Origin: Heptranchias perlo
Lineage: Eukaryota
Direction of reading: 5' to 3'
Length of the DNA: 64,000 nt
Assembly (NCBI RefSeq): GCF_035084215.1
Contig: NC_090351.1
Span: 12,090,001-12,154,000 of the forward strand
Shown: positions 1 through 12,959 of the stretch, piece by piece
How the letters are laid out: each line of letters begins with the position of its first letter
How positions within the stretch are numbered: position 1 is the first letter of the stretch
Notes under the pieces: generated by a model
Database searches by the model: none
The model's input: the letters and a program-made list of their open reading frames with translations, nothing else
Told to the model about the DNA's origin: nothing
Translations under genes and position numbers: made by a program

Positions 1-229
1 TCACAAGAAATACACTGTCTGGACTTATACATGTATTACTACACATAAAAGCCTGTCCTAATATGCTCCTAATTTGCTGGATTTAGCAGTGTAAACTGAT
101 AACCTCATGGGATGCTAGGGGAATGATACTGAATATGTTGGAGCAGTGGGCTGGATCTTTGAGAGTCAACTAAGGGTGGGTCTGTATCGTTTCAGAATAA
201 TTATTAAATGGTATATCTAACTTTCAATC

Positions 230-535
230 TATTTTTCATTTCTTGCCATCCTTGCGTCATGCCATTTACCACCTCCTCCAGTCCCTTCCCCATCTTTTAC
301 ACTTCTGCTTATTTGTCTGTCCCCCACTACTCCCTTCTCCTCCACTCTCCATCTTCTCCCACTCCCCTCTTCTGTCCATTTCTCTACTACTCCCCCTCCT
401 CTTTCTCCTCCACTACCTCCTTCCTCTCCCACTACTTCTTTTCTCCTCTCCCACACCTGGTCCCCTTCCCCTCTTCTTCACTCTCCCATACTCACTTGTC
501 CCCTCTCCTGTTCCTCTATTACTCCCTTTTTTGCT
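230..535. repeat. CT-rich low-complexity tract
   Basis: Pyrimidine-rich run (ctcccttctcctccactctcc...); explains the overlapping S/P/L-rich ORFs. Confidence 0.85.
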
Positions 536-2344
536 TGGTAGAGCCCAATCATCTTAGATTCTATATGTTAGGTGGAACAGAATTGATAGGCTATACAATA
601 TTTGTTTATTCCATGCTTTATGTTCTTGAAGGTTTCTTGCAGCTTAGTATATAGAAAACAAGCGAGAGGGGGTGGTTGGTTGATGTTGCTTTAATACAAA
701 TACATTTTGTCAGGCAGGTGTAGGATCCATGGTCGTGTCTGTGACAAATTCAGCCATGCTACTGGGTTAAATGCTCAGTACTTCCAAAGGGGAGGCAAGG
801 TTTACAATCTACATCAGATGGTCCACTTTTAAGCTCCTCCTCAGGAGCAGCAATAGCAGCCTGGGAATAGGTCACCTCCACGACCTCGCACCTGGGTTGA
901 ATCTATAATTGGAGGAAAGGGAATAAACCCTCATTAAATTTCTTGAAATTCTTCAAGATACAGAAAATCCGCTACCATAACTATTATGCTATCTTACTTC
1001 TGTTATACAGCAAACAGGCACCCATGGCAGATCCCGCTACTAAGAAAAAAAGGTGCATGAGTAGAGTGGTCTTAATAATGCTGTAAGAGGAAAATATGGG
1101 TTCCACGTAAAAGGTCTTCAATGCACATTTATCCCTCTCCTGTTACTTTACATTAGACGTGGCATCATGTTTCCTTTCTAGGATAGCTGTAAGGATTCAA
1201 AGTGAAATAAACTGTGGGCAGTCTCAAACCATGTCCCAGTGGATGCAAGTCCACAGCCAAAAAAAAGACTCCAAGTTAGTACTCTGGCTTTGACAGCCAA
1301 TACAAGCAGAAGTGGTACATGGTTATTTGCAAAGAATGTTAGAGATGGGGGCAAGGTACAATCACATTTCAGGATTCTTCGACCATTTTTCTACAGAAAG
1401 GATCTAGATACAAGTTATTTTTAAAAATATCTTCTAAGCTAAAGCTTGCTTCAGGACAGTCCTATGCTGGGATACCAATTCCAAGACGAAAGGTGGTTAA
1501 ATATGCTAATTGAAAGTTGTTTTCCTCCCCGAGATAAATCAATGATTAGTTAGCTTGTCTGGGTACATGAAAAGACACCACTCACCACCATTGTACTGGA
1601 AAACCCTTTGGCCCCTGTTGGTCCACGGTGGAGGGGGGGGGGGGGCGGGTGGAAAGAGAGAAAGAGAAGTAGATGAACAGGCTTCTTAAGAGGGAAGCTT
1701 TTCAAAACTGAACACGGACACCAAAAACGCAGCCATGGAGCTAAGTGCTGTGAGATGCTTAACAAGACAGGAGGCTGCAGGGAAAAAGGTTTGTCCTTGG
1801 GTTGTAGGACAGAATACAGAGGAGTCAGTCTGTTTAAGTCAAGCAAGGTGACCCACCAAAGTGACACTGCACAATATGTTCATTATTCTTATTGTATTGC
1901 ATGAAGATAAATTACTTCAACCATAACCATTACTCTGTGCATTCACTATGCTGTGGAATAAAACCACTTAATGGTTCAAAACCAAGCCTTGTGTCATGTA
2001 GAATTAACAGCCCAACTTCATAGATATTGGGGAATACACATGCAGGAGAGATCCACTCCAGATCATAAAGCAGATATAAAACTAACTCACTCATACTGCT
2101 TACAGGAACTACTGATGTCACTGAACACAAAAAGGTATCAGTGGCAGACCCAAATTTGCAACAAGTACATCATCTAAGGACCTTTGTTGTGCGTGCTGCA
2201 CCTGACCATGGAACACTTGATAATATCAAAGTTGAATTCGTTTTAGTCCTCAATGCTAATCGAAAATTTAGCAGAGGACATCTGTAGAACTCAATTAAAG
2301 TTCAAAATCTTGCAAAGGCAACTAAAGGCTCATTTTCTATCTAT

Positions 2345-2890
2345 AACAATTTGCATTTATATAGAGACCTTTATCATCCCAAGGCACTTCCCAGCAGTGT
2401 AATCAGACAAAAATCAACACTGAACTAAAGGAGATATTAGGGTGACTAAAAGTTTGGTTAAAGAGGTGGTCCTTAAGGAAGGTTTTAAAGGAGGAGGACA
2501 GGTGTAGGGAGAGAATTCCAAAGCTTAGGGCCTGGGCGGCTGAAGGCATGGTTGCCAATGATGGGGCAGAGAGATTTCGGGATGCACAAGAGACCAGAGT
2601 TCGAGGAACACAGAGTTCTCAGAGGGTTGTAGGTCTGGAGAAGAGATAGGATGGGGTGAGGCCATGAAGGGATTTGAACATGAGGATGAGAATTTTAGAC
2701 TTGAGGCATTGAAGGATTGGGAGCCAATGTAGGTCAGCAAACACAACAGTGATGTGTGAATGGGACTTGGTGTGGGATAGGATACAGGCGGCAGAATTTT
2801 GGATGAGCCTAAGTTTATGGAGGATGAAGGATGGGAGGCCAGCCAGGAGGACATTGGAATAGTTGAGATTGGAGGTGACAATGGCATTTT
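2345..2890 (-). mobile_element. L2 LINE 3' fragment
   Basis: Reverse L2 tail ttgcatttatatag at ~2350; minus-strand peptide KLRLIQNSAACILSHTK..HITVVFADLHWLPI..KILILMFKSLHGLTPSYL. Confidence 0.88.
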
Positions 2891-3109
2891 GACAGCAAGT
2901 TAGCAACACTTGAGGTTTCATAAATAATGTAACATTTTTGTAATTATGGGCAACATATAATTCGACAGAAAACAGATGCCAGGGAATATGTTTTACCATA
3001 TAATGCACTCAAGATCTTTGGCTAACATTAAAAACCCCATAGAAAAGTTAAAGCAATTTGTGAAAGTGATCAAAACAAATTGGATGTTGTAAATGAGAAT
3101 TAGGAATGA

Positions 3110-3410
3110 GACATCTCATCTCTGGGACCAGGATTCAAATTCAGCCCAGAGTGATGGGATGAAAGTTTACTTTCTCTCTCAGCTCCGAGGATCTTACATT
3201 AAATGAGTTTAACATAGCTCCTCATGAATGCAGGCCCTCATTACTAAATTGGCAATTTTACTCAAAGGCCACATGATAGATAACTGGTGTACAAAATTGT
3301 CAAGTTCACACTGTTGCAGTTGGTATTTCACCTACTAGGTGATGCAGCAGAGTAAAGGAAGCTTTATTCTGCATGTAGCTAATGCTAGAAATATTTGATG
3401 CTGACATTAG
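3110..3410 (+). mobile_element. Ancient tRNA-derived SINE (LF-SINE-like), decayed
   Basis: B-box-like ggattcaaattcagccca after catctctggga, tail gctttattctgcat; similar to the copy at ~10775-11130. Family name from recall only. Confidence 0.5.
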
Positions 3411-4779
3411 GTGGCCAAAATTGAAAAGTGTTGCCCCAAGCCAAATAGCCCTCATTTTGATTTGGAAGCAGGATTATCCAAATTTAAGAATGAATTACAC
3501 CCAAAAACAAAGACATCTTTATGGGGATTCCATTTTCACTCAGCTTTTCCACTTAACATTGGCAATCACATGTCAGATTTTCTATTGCCTTCACCAAAAC
3601 AATCAGTGTGAGACATTTAATTAGAAAATAAAATGTGCTCTCATAACAGAATGCTACTGAAAAATACCCTGGTATTAGTAAATCAGTAGTTATATGTGAA
3701 TGACATAGCAGCTCTAAAGATTATCAATGTAATTAGACATTAAAAGCTTTATATTGCATTTTTATACATGGAACTTAGGAAGGGTTCTGTCTTCATGCAA
3801 TTGTCATATTGAGTAACTGATTCACTTCAGATATTTTAAGAAAAGTCATAACCCCATTACCAAGAACATTTGCAACAGTTTATTAACCATTCATTAAATG
3901 GTAATTACACAAAAGATTGTATGTAATGCTTTCCAGACTACAAAGGCCGGAAAGAAAGGGTTAATATTTGAGTGAGTGTTCTGCTGAGAAAGTTATAATG
4001 AGATTTTAGATCCCAATATACTTTGTGAGGAGTTTCATTTAACTCCACCTCATGAAAAGTAAACATCTACACCACCCATATACCACTGACATTTGCTTAT
4101 TGCATTCTGTACCAGTTTGGCACTATACTATGTACTGTTAGCCTGACACTCCCAATTACTGTGCTGTGCCATGCTTACCTGTCTTAACAAGACTCTCTTT
4201 ACCTATGACAAATAAATTATGATGTTTCTTTGGCAACACAGTGTGATTTCTTTAAAGCTCACAGCTAGTGATGAAATGTTTCCGAATGACAACAGGGTCC
4301 TGTTAAAAAGGGAGTGACTGTTTTTCTCTCAGTTTATATCGGTTGGTTCTGCTCCAGAACAACAAAATGTACATAAACACCCCTTAAATATATACCAGAA
4401 GTATTAATTTTAAAAAATAGAAAGTGGTTTTGTTGAAGAGGTTGGCAACGTAGATACTTCAGGTGCTTATTTCACAGTTCAGCACTTCCTCGGCTGAAGA
4501 CAAAGTTAACTGCCAAACCCATCTGAGAAAATTGTCCAGCCTTGTAAAGTAAGCACAATACCCAGTGAGCCACACTCTCATGTAGATTTTAAATCTTGCA
4601 GTAGATTCTTTGCTCTCAAATGTTGTAGTTCTGATCTGTGTCAGGAAGTTTTTTTCCCCCTCAAACAAGATCATAATGCCAGACAGGGGTTGTGTTTACA
4701 TCAGTAGCGTTTAATGGAAAAGGTATTATTCATTTTTACAATAACCTACCCCGACCCCAGCCTTCCACCAATATGTTCT

Positions 4780-5065
4780 TCTGTTTTGCCCCACTTGTCC
4801 TGAAGGCAGTAACTCATCCTGGGATACAATTCTGCAAATATCAGCAGTCCTCTGGTACCTCTTCCACACAGCCACGTGTGAAACTATCTGATCAGGAGTG
4901 GGAATCGTAACTGATTTTTTCCGTTCCAAGCCCAGGTACTGCTGAAGCGAATTACAGAGCACTGACTACTACAGCTGAGATCAGCTAACACAGATCACAT
5001 CTGGGACCCTTCCTGATCTGAATGGCCCAGTATACTGGATGGTGCACTTGCCCATTAAGCCATCA
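4780..5065 (-). mobile_element. Ancient SINE (AmnSINE2-like)
   Basis: Minus strand gccattcagatcaggaagggtcccag...tgtgttagctgatctcagctg, shared with five other copies in the window. Confidence 0.6.
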
Positions 5066-5274
5066 AGCAGTTTAATTGTAATACTTCCAATATACTACAC
5101 GCTGTTGAAATAGCACTAGATAATCATTGCAAGTAACATCACAACTGTCAATTCTTAAAAGTAAATATCATGCAACCAATGCCTTGGCTGGTGATCATAA
5201 TGACATCTACCACATGGGGAAAAGAAAATACAATAAAATCCCTCCTCCCCCAACAGTATGGATTATTAAAAAGT

Positions 5275-5662
5275 TAGATAACAGAACCTTGGTTAGACCA
5301 CATTTAAAAATTCTGTCGCTCAGTTCTGGTCTCAATATTACAAAAAAGGATATAGAGGCACTGGAGAAGGTGCAAAAAAGATTTACAAGGATGATATCAG
5401 AACTGAGAGGTTATAACTATCAGGAAAGACCCAACAAACTGGGGCTGTTTTCTCTGGAAAAAAAGATTGAGAGGTCACCTGCTACAGGTGTTTAAAATTA
5501 TGAAGGGGATCGATAGGGTAGATGTGGAGATGATGTTTCCACTTGTAGGGGAGTCCAAAACTAGGGGCCATAAATGTAAGTTAGTCATCAATAAATCCAA
5601 CAAGGAATTTAGGAGCAACTTTACTCAGAGAATGGTTAGAAAGTGGAACTTGCTACCACATG
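5275..5662 (+). mobile_element. CR1 LINE 3' fragment (left part, interrupted by Harbinger)
   Basis: Peptides RTLVRPHL..KDIEALEKVQKRFTRMI..LGLFSLEK and FKIMKGIDRVD..KTRGHK..FTQRMVRKWNLLP are typical of the CR1 ORF2 C-terminus. Confidence 0.9.
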
Positions 5663-6120
5663 GGGCACGATTTTAAAAGCAAAGTCTGGGTACATCGGGG
5701 GCAGGGGCAAACAAAATCGGGATTTTCTGGAGCGAACCCGGAAGTCTGGCAATTAAAAGCTGGTGGGACGATATTTAAACCAGCAATTCAAGTACTTAAA
5801 GTACTTGAAATGTGCATAAATATAATTATGAAGGCAATGATGGCAAGCAATTTCAACGCTGCCTCAACGTGTTTCCTGTGCTGTGTGAAGCACGCCATGG
5901 GAAACTAGGCAGGTTGCAGCCAGCAGCCAAATGACATTTAAATCCCTGTTTGACAGATGGGGACAAAATGTGAGTTATTGCAGCAGGGCACTCAGTTCTC
6001 TCAAACTTTTGGCTGGGAGATCTGTGTGTTTAGACTGAAAATTCTTGGTTCACACTCAGAATTGTTCTGTTTACACTTATTTACCAACTTTATGGACCCT
6101 CTCAAACTGACACCATCAGG

Positions 6121-7276
6121 ATGAGGGGGGGGGGGGGGGGGCGCACTGGCTGCATTCAACAGTACATCCGAGGAGGAGGAACATCACCATCCTCGCCAGG
6201 CACGGCGCGCACTTCCGCTACTTGCAGCTCCACACAGTGGTGCGTCACAGGCATCTGCATAAGAGCAGAGAGGGGAACAACAGAGGTAATGACGTCGGAG
6301 GAGACATTAACTACCCTCGAGAGGGTCTACATACCAAGGCTGAGCTTCCTGGACCTCTCTGAGGAGCAGTGCCTATGGAGGCTGAGACACAGTCACCAGG
6401 TGGTCGCAGACATCTGCACGCTCCTTCATGCCAAGCTGCTCTCGGCTGGGCCTGGTGGCATCACATGCCCATTGCAGTTAAAGTGACCACTACCCTCAAC
6501 TTCTTCGCCACCGGTGACATCGCCAGGGTGTCTCAGTCATTTGCACATAAGTGCGTAAGACAGATCACCAACAGTTTGTTTCGCAGGGCGTCAGACTACG
6601 TCAACTTCCCCATGGATGACCTCAGCCAGAGGGGGCAGTGAGATTCCACTCTGTGGCTGGCTTCCCATGGGTACAGGGTGCAATTGATTGTATGCCTCTA
6701 GCAATCCGAATATCTCCACACGAGCCAAGAATATTCATCAACAGAAAGGGGTATCATTCAATCAACTCTCAGCTCGTTTGTGACTACCGCAAAAGATTTC
6801 TTTACGTGTGTGCGAGATTCCCTGGCAGCTGCCATGATTCATTTGTTGAGGTAATCCAACATCCCAGCCGGCCCTCTTCCATGCACCAGGGCTGGCTCCT
6901 CGGAGACAAAGGATACCATCTGCAGACGTGGCTCATGACACCTGAGGAACCCCATCAGCGAGGAACAGCGTCAATACAACGACAGTCACATCACCAGCAG
7001 GTCTATCGTTGAACATACAATAGGACTGCTGAAGATGTGATTTCGGTCTGGGGGAGTGCTTCAATACGCACCACAGAGTGGGTTGAATTACAGTCGTCTG
7101 TTGTGTCCTGCACAACAGAGAGGGTTACCGGTTGATGAAGCCCATGCCCTCATCCAGCATCCACATCTGCTATGATCATTGAGGAGGAGCAGAAGGAGGA
7201 ATCCATTGGCAGAGCAGCGGCTCACCTGGCTGCTCGTGAGGCCAGGGAGTCACTAATATTTGAATGATTCTCATAA
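6121..7276 (+). pseudogene. Harbinger (HARBI1-like) DDE transposase, frameshifted
   Basis: Pieces in several frames: RVYIPRLSFLDLSEEQCLWRLR, AVKVTTTLNFFATG, GFPWVQGAIDC, FINRKGYHSINSQLVCD, ARFPGSCHDS, GWLLGDKGY. Hallmark Harbinger transposase motifs with multiple frameshifts and stops. Confidence 0.92.
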
Positions 7277-7601
7277 GGAGATCACAAAGTGAGACTAGTC
7301 CAGTCCTCAGACCACCTGGGAATAGCAGCGCCAACACCAGCCACCCCGCCCCCCCACACCGGCTGCATAAAACAGTCCTACAACTACACATACACCCATT
7401 GTAAACGCACCCACTAAGTGGCATCGAGTCTCGCCATTCATGAAGCACATGAAAGGGCTCTATCACAAAAGGCAGTCAAGAATGGGCAAGACGTAGCAGA
7501 AGTGGTGAAAATAATAACATTTAATGTGAATTTAACAAAAAACAAATATAAATGAAAAACATTACAAGTTTGTCAAACACCTTTGTGCATACCCTTCGTG
7601 A

Positions 7602-9387
7602 TCACAAAACCTTAGCCTTTCTCTTCCTACTACTTCTATGTGGTGCATCCCGTGGGCTACAGCAGGGGTAGTGGCAGATTGCTAGTGTTCATGCCCGGAC
7701 TGCTTAGATGCTTTTGGCCTACGCCCTCTGGGTTTTGGAGCCCATGAGGACCCCGCCAAAGAATACTCCAACTGCACCTGTGCAGGGGCAGCATTGCAGG
7801 TACTGGTTGAGAGGGGGGCAATGAGTGAGACATGGGAGCGTTTTGAGTGGCATCCCCACTTCCATGTCCCCTTACACCATCATCCCTCTCCTGGGCCAGG
7901 CCCACATCACTCCTACCATCCTGCTAGACAACAGTTTTGAGGACGTATATGATGCCTTGGAAGCCTAGTTGTAAAGTTTTTGTCTGCCTGTTTAAGGCAG
8001 CAGAATGTTGTTCACCCCAGGTCTGAACGGCCGTTGTCAGGGCCTGAATGGACTCATTTGTGAGCTGTGCTTGAAGCTCAATGGAGGCTAGCCTTCTTTC
8101 CATCGTAGACATTCCTGCGCTTACCTGTGCCACCATTCCACTAATGCAGGAGGTGGACTCCTCTATCCTCTCCTCTATCATGCAGAGTGTGCGTGGCATC
8201 TATTCCAGTACCTCGCAAATGTCCTGCTGTCCCTCGATCATTCTCCTTTTAAAGGATGGCCCCCGGGGTTCAGCATCTGCGTCCAGCTGAGCAGAGCCTG
8301 GAGAGGGGTGCGCCCACTGACGCAGACGCTCCACAGCTGCCCCTGCCACCAGTGTTTGCTCATTCTCACTTGTGTGTGGTGACTCACCAGGTGTCAATCC
8401 AACTGACTGACTACTAGGACCCACCAAGGTGATTATCTGCACTAATGGATGGCTAAGATGTGACTGTGCGCCCTCTGAGGAATCGCCCTCTCCCGTTACT
8501 GTGGTCATTGAAGGGCCTGGAAGAGAACAGAAGGCAATATTAAGCATCATCACAGATGTGTCATGTTATGATGAGCATACTGAGGTGTTCAACATGCCAA
8601 TCATTCTTAACATCAATTCATGTTGTGTCACCAGATGTTTGTGGGGTGCCAGTCTCGGCGTCCCCAACGGAAAGGCACTCGAGGGTGCGGCTGATCTTCA
8701 GGGCCTCCTCCTCCGCCACTATGAGGACCACTATCTGTTGTGGCCCCCCTCCAGTCCTCACCGTCTCGCGTGCATTTTGCGCTCTTCTCATACAAGGGGA
8801 GAAAGTACAGACATGAGTGAGTGAGTGAGGGTGAAGTGGTCAGCCCATGATTGTATTGCTTTGGGTGAGGCTGACCATGGAAGAGATGAATCACAGGGTG
8901 ATTATCTGACAGAGACATCACATTGGATCAGGATTGGGGTGAGTGGCAGTGGTGGGTTCACAAATGGGGAGGTGAGGAAGTGCTCAGGAAGTGATGGTAA
9001 GTTGACGATGAGCCTTAAATTGGTGTGAGGAGTGATGTGATGGAGTAGTCTTGGCAGTGCAGAATGATGTGGGGGTGGGGGTTGATGTGCAACATGGAAT
9101 GCAGGAAAATCAGTAAGTGTACTCACTTTTACTGACCTAGTTAGGTCATTGAAACGCTTCCTGCATTGGACCCAAGTGCAAGAGATGTTACTCCTGCTGG
9201 TGACCTCCTCTGCCACCTCGAGCCAGGCTTTCTTGGTGGCAGAGGCAGGGCGCTTCCTCCTGTCGACCAGGTAAAATTGTTTCCTCCTCCTCCACCTCAC
9301 CCCGGCCAGTAGCACCTCAAGTGAGAAGTCACTGAATCTTGGAGCTGCCTTGCCCATCTGCTGCTCCATTCTGCATCCTTGCTCCAT
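7602..9387 (-). pseudogene. Harbinger Myb/SANT-like (trihelix) DNA-binding protein gene, spliced, decayed
   Basis: ORF 8902-9387: APRFSDFSLEVLLAGV...KKAWLEVAEEVTSRSNISCTWVQCRKRFNDL (Myb/SANT-like, NAIF1-type). Donor AAA|gtgagt at 9126, acceptor ttccag at 8517. Coiled-coil-like segment (ORF 7924-8199) and a basic C-terminus RSSRKRKAKVL-stop at 7602. Confidence 0.85.
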
Positions 9388-9638
9388 GCTTCAGCAAAAG
9401 CCATCGGTACAATGGCCCTTTAAATCCAGACGCTCCAGCTGACAGCAGGTCATGCGAGTGCGCAATCTGCTCGCTGCGCAGCTTTCGGACGGCAAACCCC
9501 GGAAACAAGGTTAATGGCCACCAATTAAGTCAACGATTGTGTGGGGAACGGTACGGTTTTATTACTTGGGTTACCCGTGCACCCACTGACAACCCCCCCC
9601 CCCCCCCGCCATCCCACCGGCATTTTAAAGTTATGTCC

Positions 9639-9830
9639 ATGGAGTAGTTGAGGCAAAAAGCATAGATGCATTTAAGGGCAAGCTAGATAAGTACTTGAGG
9701 GAGAAAAGAATAGAAGGATATGTTGATAGGGTTAGATGAAGGAAGGTGGAAAGAGGCTCGTGTGGAGCATAAACATTGGCATATACCTGTTGCGTCGAAA
9801 GGTCCGTTTCCGTGGTGTAAAATAGTACAT
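9639..9830 (+). mobile_element. CR1 LINE 3' end (right part after Harbinger)
   Basis: atggagtagttgaggca...gcatttaagggcaagctagataagtac continues the 5275-5662 reading (GVVEA..FKGKLDKYL), followed by a CR1-type 3' UTR. Confidence 0.85.
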
Positions 9831-10774
9831 GCTATGTAAATAATTTCAAGGCCACAATCTCACTGTGGGGTTCAGGTGATGGATGTAAACAAATAGACTT
9901 AACTTCTGACAATTACAGCATCAGCTGAACTCAATTACCATTTTATGAATACTTCCAGATATCTATTATTGTATAAATGAATGCGCACAAATAGTGACTG
10001 GTTTCAATATCAAATATAAAAAGAAAACAGCCTTCAAACTTGATATGTTCACTATCAAAAACTGAAATTGAGTATTGTCACCGTTAAAACAGGATAAACC
10101 TTCAGTAAAATCAGTTTAAGTTTCTGATACCATTTAAATCCACAACAAGCCATCCTTTTTGCACAAATTTTCTTTGCTAGATGCTCAATCCATAAACGCT
10201 TTAAAATATTTCAGATCTTAATTCCAAATTTGATGATTACTTTCATCTATTGCTTTAAGACCTCTTTAAAAAAAAAATGTAAATTCATCCAACTCAAAAA
10301 AAATTAAATCAGACTCAGGGGTCAAGCTAAAAGGCAGTCAAATTGGATACTTAAGACAACAGAAAATAAAACATTTCAAATATTCCCTTACATAAAGTGT
10401 ATTAATAGGAGAGATTTGTTTTCCCTAAAAGGCTGTCCAAATGTGATTTGAAAGTCTCATCTTGCCAATAACATCATAAATATAAAATCTTTACTTACAG
10501 ATTATAATTTTCCTCATTTGTGAAAGAGATTCAAATATGTTAATTTCAAAACAATTAAAAACCCAGCATATACATTATGTTTTGGAAAAAATGCTGCCTA
10601 TAATCCACAAACACACAACAGCAAGCTTTTTAAAAAGAATACCTAGTGATAAGTAAAGCATGCTGTTATCAAATCAGTCCTGTTAAGACCATAAATATCT
10701 ATGTCCTGTTTAGTCACCATTAAAATATTGAAGCTCGACATCTATGCCCAAGACTTGAAACATTTAAATGAAGG

Positions 10775-11130
10775 GACTGAGTGGCAGGATGAGCTACAAC
10801 AGTCATTTTCACCTCTGGGATTTCAATTTGAATCCAGTCAACTGATGGGAAAGCTTCTTCATCGATGTGACATCTCTAAAGTTTGTAGGTAAAAATCAAT
10901 TACCAGTTGCAACTCAGCTCAAAGTCAGTGGAAGGTTACTGTCCATAATTCAGTGCAAATTAGCAATCTCATTCAGAGTGCCCATGTGGATGACTGTTGT
11001 GGCAAATAGTGATACCACACTGGTGCAATAGGGTGTGGCTCTCAGAGGTGAAATGAAATCTGGAGCTTAATTCTGCATTTAACCAGTACCTGACCTGACA
11101 ACACGGTGCTGAAAGTGCCTGGATAGAGTG
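10775..11130 (+). mobile_element. Ancient tRNA-derived SINE (LF-SINE-like), decayed
   Basis: ttttcacctctggga..ttgaatccagtc head and tctgcatttaaccagtacctgacct tail, similar to 3110-3410. Confidence 0.45.
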
Positions 11131-12959
11131 ATAAAATGAAGTGTCTGTTCCCTGTGCCAATAATCCTTAGCATGATGAAAAGAAAAATTTGGCCCCTCTC
11201 ACTTTGGCAGGGGATGGGGGGGGAGGAAGATACATGGATAATATTTTACTGAGAAATATCAGTAAAACACAGATAAGGTTATTGCAAATGATAATTGCAC
11301 TAGGTGTTGCTGTGATGACAGTAAGACGACTGCTGGTGGCCACATCACTGCTGATGTATCTAGACTTGAGCTGCAGCTGGCCACCAAGAATTTCTATGTC
11401 AAGTACTGCATTTGGTGTAACTTCAATGACATTTCCCTTACTGGAAAAAAAATATTTTGCTCCTGATTTGGAATTTATTCTTTTGAGGGACTTCAATTGT
11501 TTGCTTGTTTGGTTTAGTCTGAAATGGAATGATATGGAGTTGAAGGACTCCCACAGAAAGAGGTCAAATTGAGGAGGGGACTTTTGGGCAGAGGTAGCTA
11601 TTAAATATAATATCCAAGCAGTTTCAAGCATCCTGTATTGTGTGGTGCATTTAACAGTAGCTCTATAGCTGCACAATGACAAAACAGGTTTTCAGGTTTA
11701 CTCAAAATATGCAAAGCAGCAGATTGTTTTCTCTAGCACCATCACAATTACTTCCACTGATTTGGACTGTGGGAAGAAAGAATCTCAGAATCTCACTGAA
11801 GGACCACAAAGCATCTAAATGCTGCAATTGTTTTACAATTAATAAGTCATGTATTAAATTATTTGGCTCCTGCTGTGTAGGGTTTGCCCAGGTTTTGGCC
11901 AAACTTTTCTCTTTTGGCTCTCTGTTAAATGTCATAGATTTAAACACAATTGTTCTTTTTTGAACACTTCAAAAAAGTATTATATAGTGTGTTGATTCAA
12001 AAGAGATTTCCTAAAATATAGAAGTAGTTAAGAGGTTGTGCATCTATGTACAATTAATTTGAATATGTTGGAAAGTTAGAAATATTTTAGGGAAAATGAT
12101 TTCACTTTTAAGGAATACAGTAATACAGCCTGACTTAAAACAAAAATTTAAAAAGTTATCACAAGTCTATCACAGTGACCTTTAAAAATTCAAGATGCAG
12201 GTCATACTGTTCCATAACAAAATGTCTTAAATGTTATTTTCAACCACCCTTTTTGATAAAAAGAAAACACAAACATAATGCAACTTGGTGGAATATTAGA
12301 TTAAGTACCATTAAGTTGACTTTGAATTTGGTCACAAAATGTTTTTACATGCCACAGATACATTGCTTTTGCATCAATAGGCATCTCTTTTCCTATCACC
12401 TCATCCTCTTTTGAGCAACAGAGATCCAAACAAAATTCAAAAAAATTAAAATTCTAGTTTTCACAATAGTACAAGGATCTACCTCCCAGGCCTTGTATAT
12501 TTTACTTATTTTCACACCCTAACCTCTATCTAGTGTTTCCCTCAATTAGGGGACAAAATGTTTCATGGTAGGCTTATGGGCAGGAAATGACAAGACTTTT
12601 AAAACAAGAAAAAAAGACAAAGCAGAAAATGATTTTTAAACATACATTTCAATTGAAACAGAAAATAAAACTATGCTGAAATTATAAATATATCTAAAAC
12701 TTGGACATAATTTACAAAATGTTGCATTTTCTTTGCAGATGTGCATACGTATATTTAATTTTCTTCATTTTATTTGGAAATTCAATTCTAAAAGAAAAAA
12801 GGTGCATGAAAGAAAGCATTGTACATCGTGACACATTGTATATATAAAACCATGTAACAAGTAAACAGTCAGATGTCTCCTGCAAGGAAAATTAAGTCAA
12901 CTAATAAATCAGGCCAAGTTGCTCTATCACACTTCGTTGTGGCTGGTTAACTAGGCAGG

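Larger units (their letters stand above)
5663..9638 (+). mobile_element. PIF/Harbinger DNA transposon, near full length (3976 bp), decayed
   Basis: Imperfect TIRs GGGCACGATTTTAAAA (5663) and TTTTAAAGTTATGTCC (ends 9638), 12/16 match. 3-bp TSD ATG at 5660-5662 and 9639-9641. Convergent transposase and Myb/SANT genes inside; flanks rejoin as one CR1 3' end. Confidence 0.92.

Noticed and set aside
208-654. Overlapping ORFs of 148, 104 and 75 aa
   Set aside because: Products of a CT-rich low-complexity tract; S/P/L- or G/E-biased with no domain.
6121-7276. Host HARBI1 gene
   Set aside because: Multiple frameshifts and stops, and it sits between TIRs with a TSD: a transposon copy, not the domesticated gene.
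11167-11963. Overlapping ORFs on both strands (171, 127, 95, 81 aa)
   Set aside because: No recognisable motif, mostly non-ATG starts and no clear splice context; treated as chance ORFs, though a homology search was not possible.
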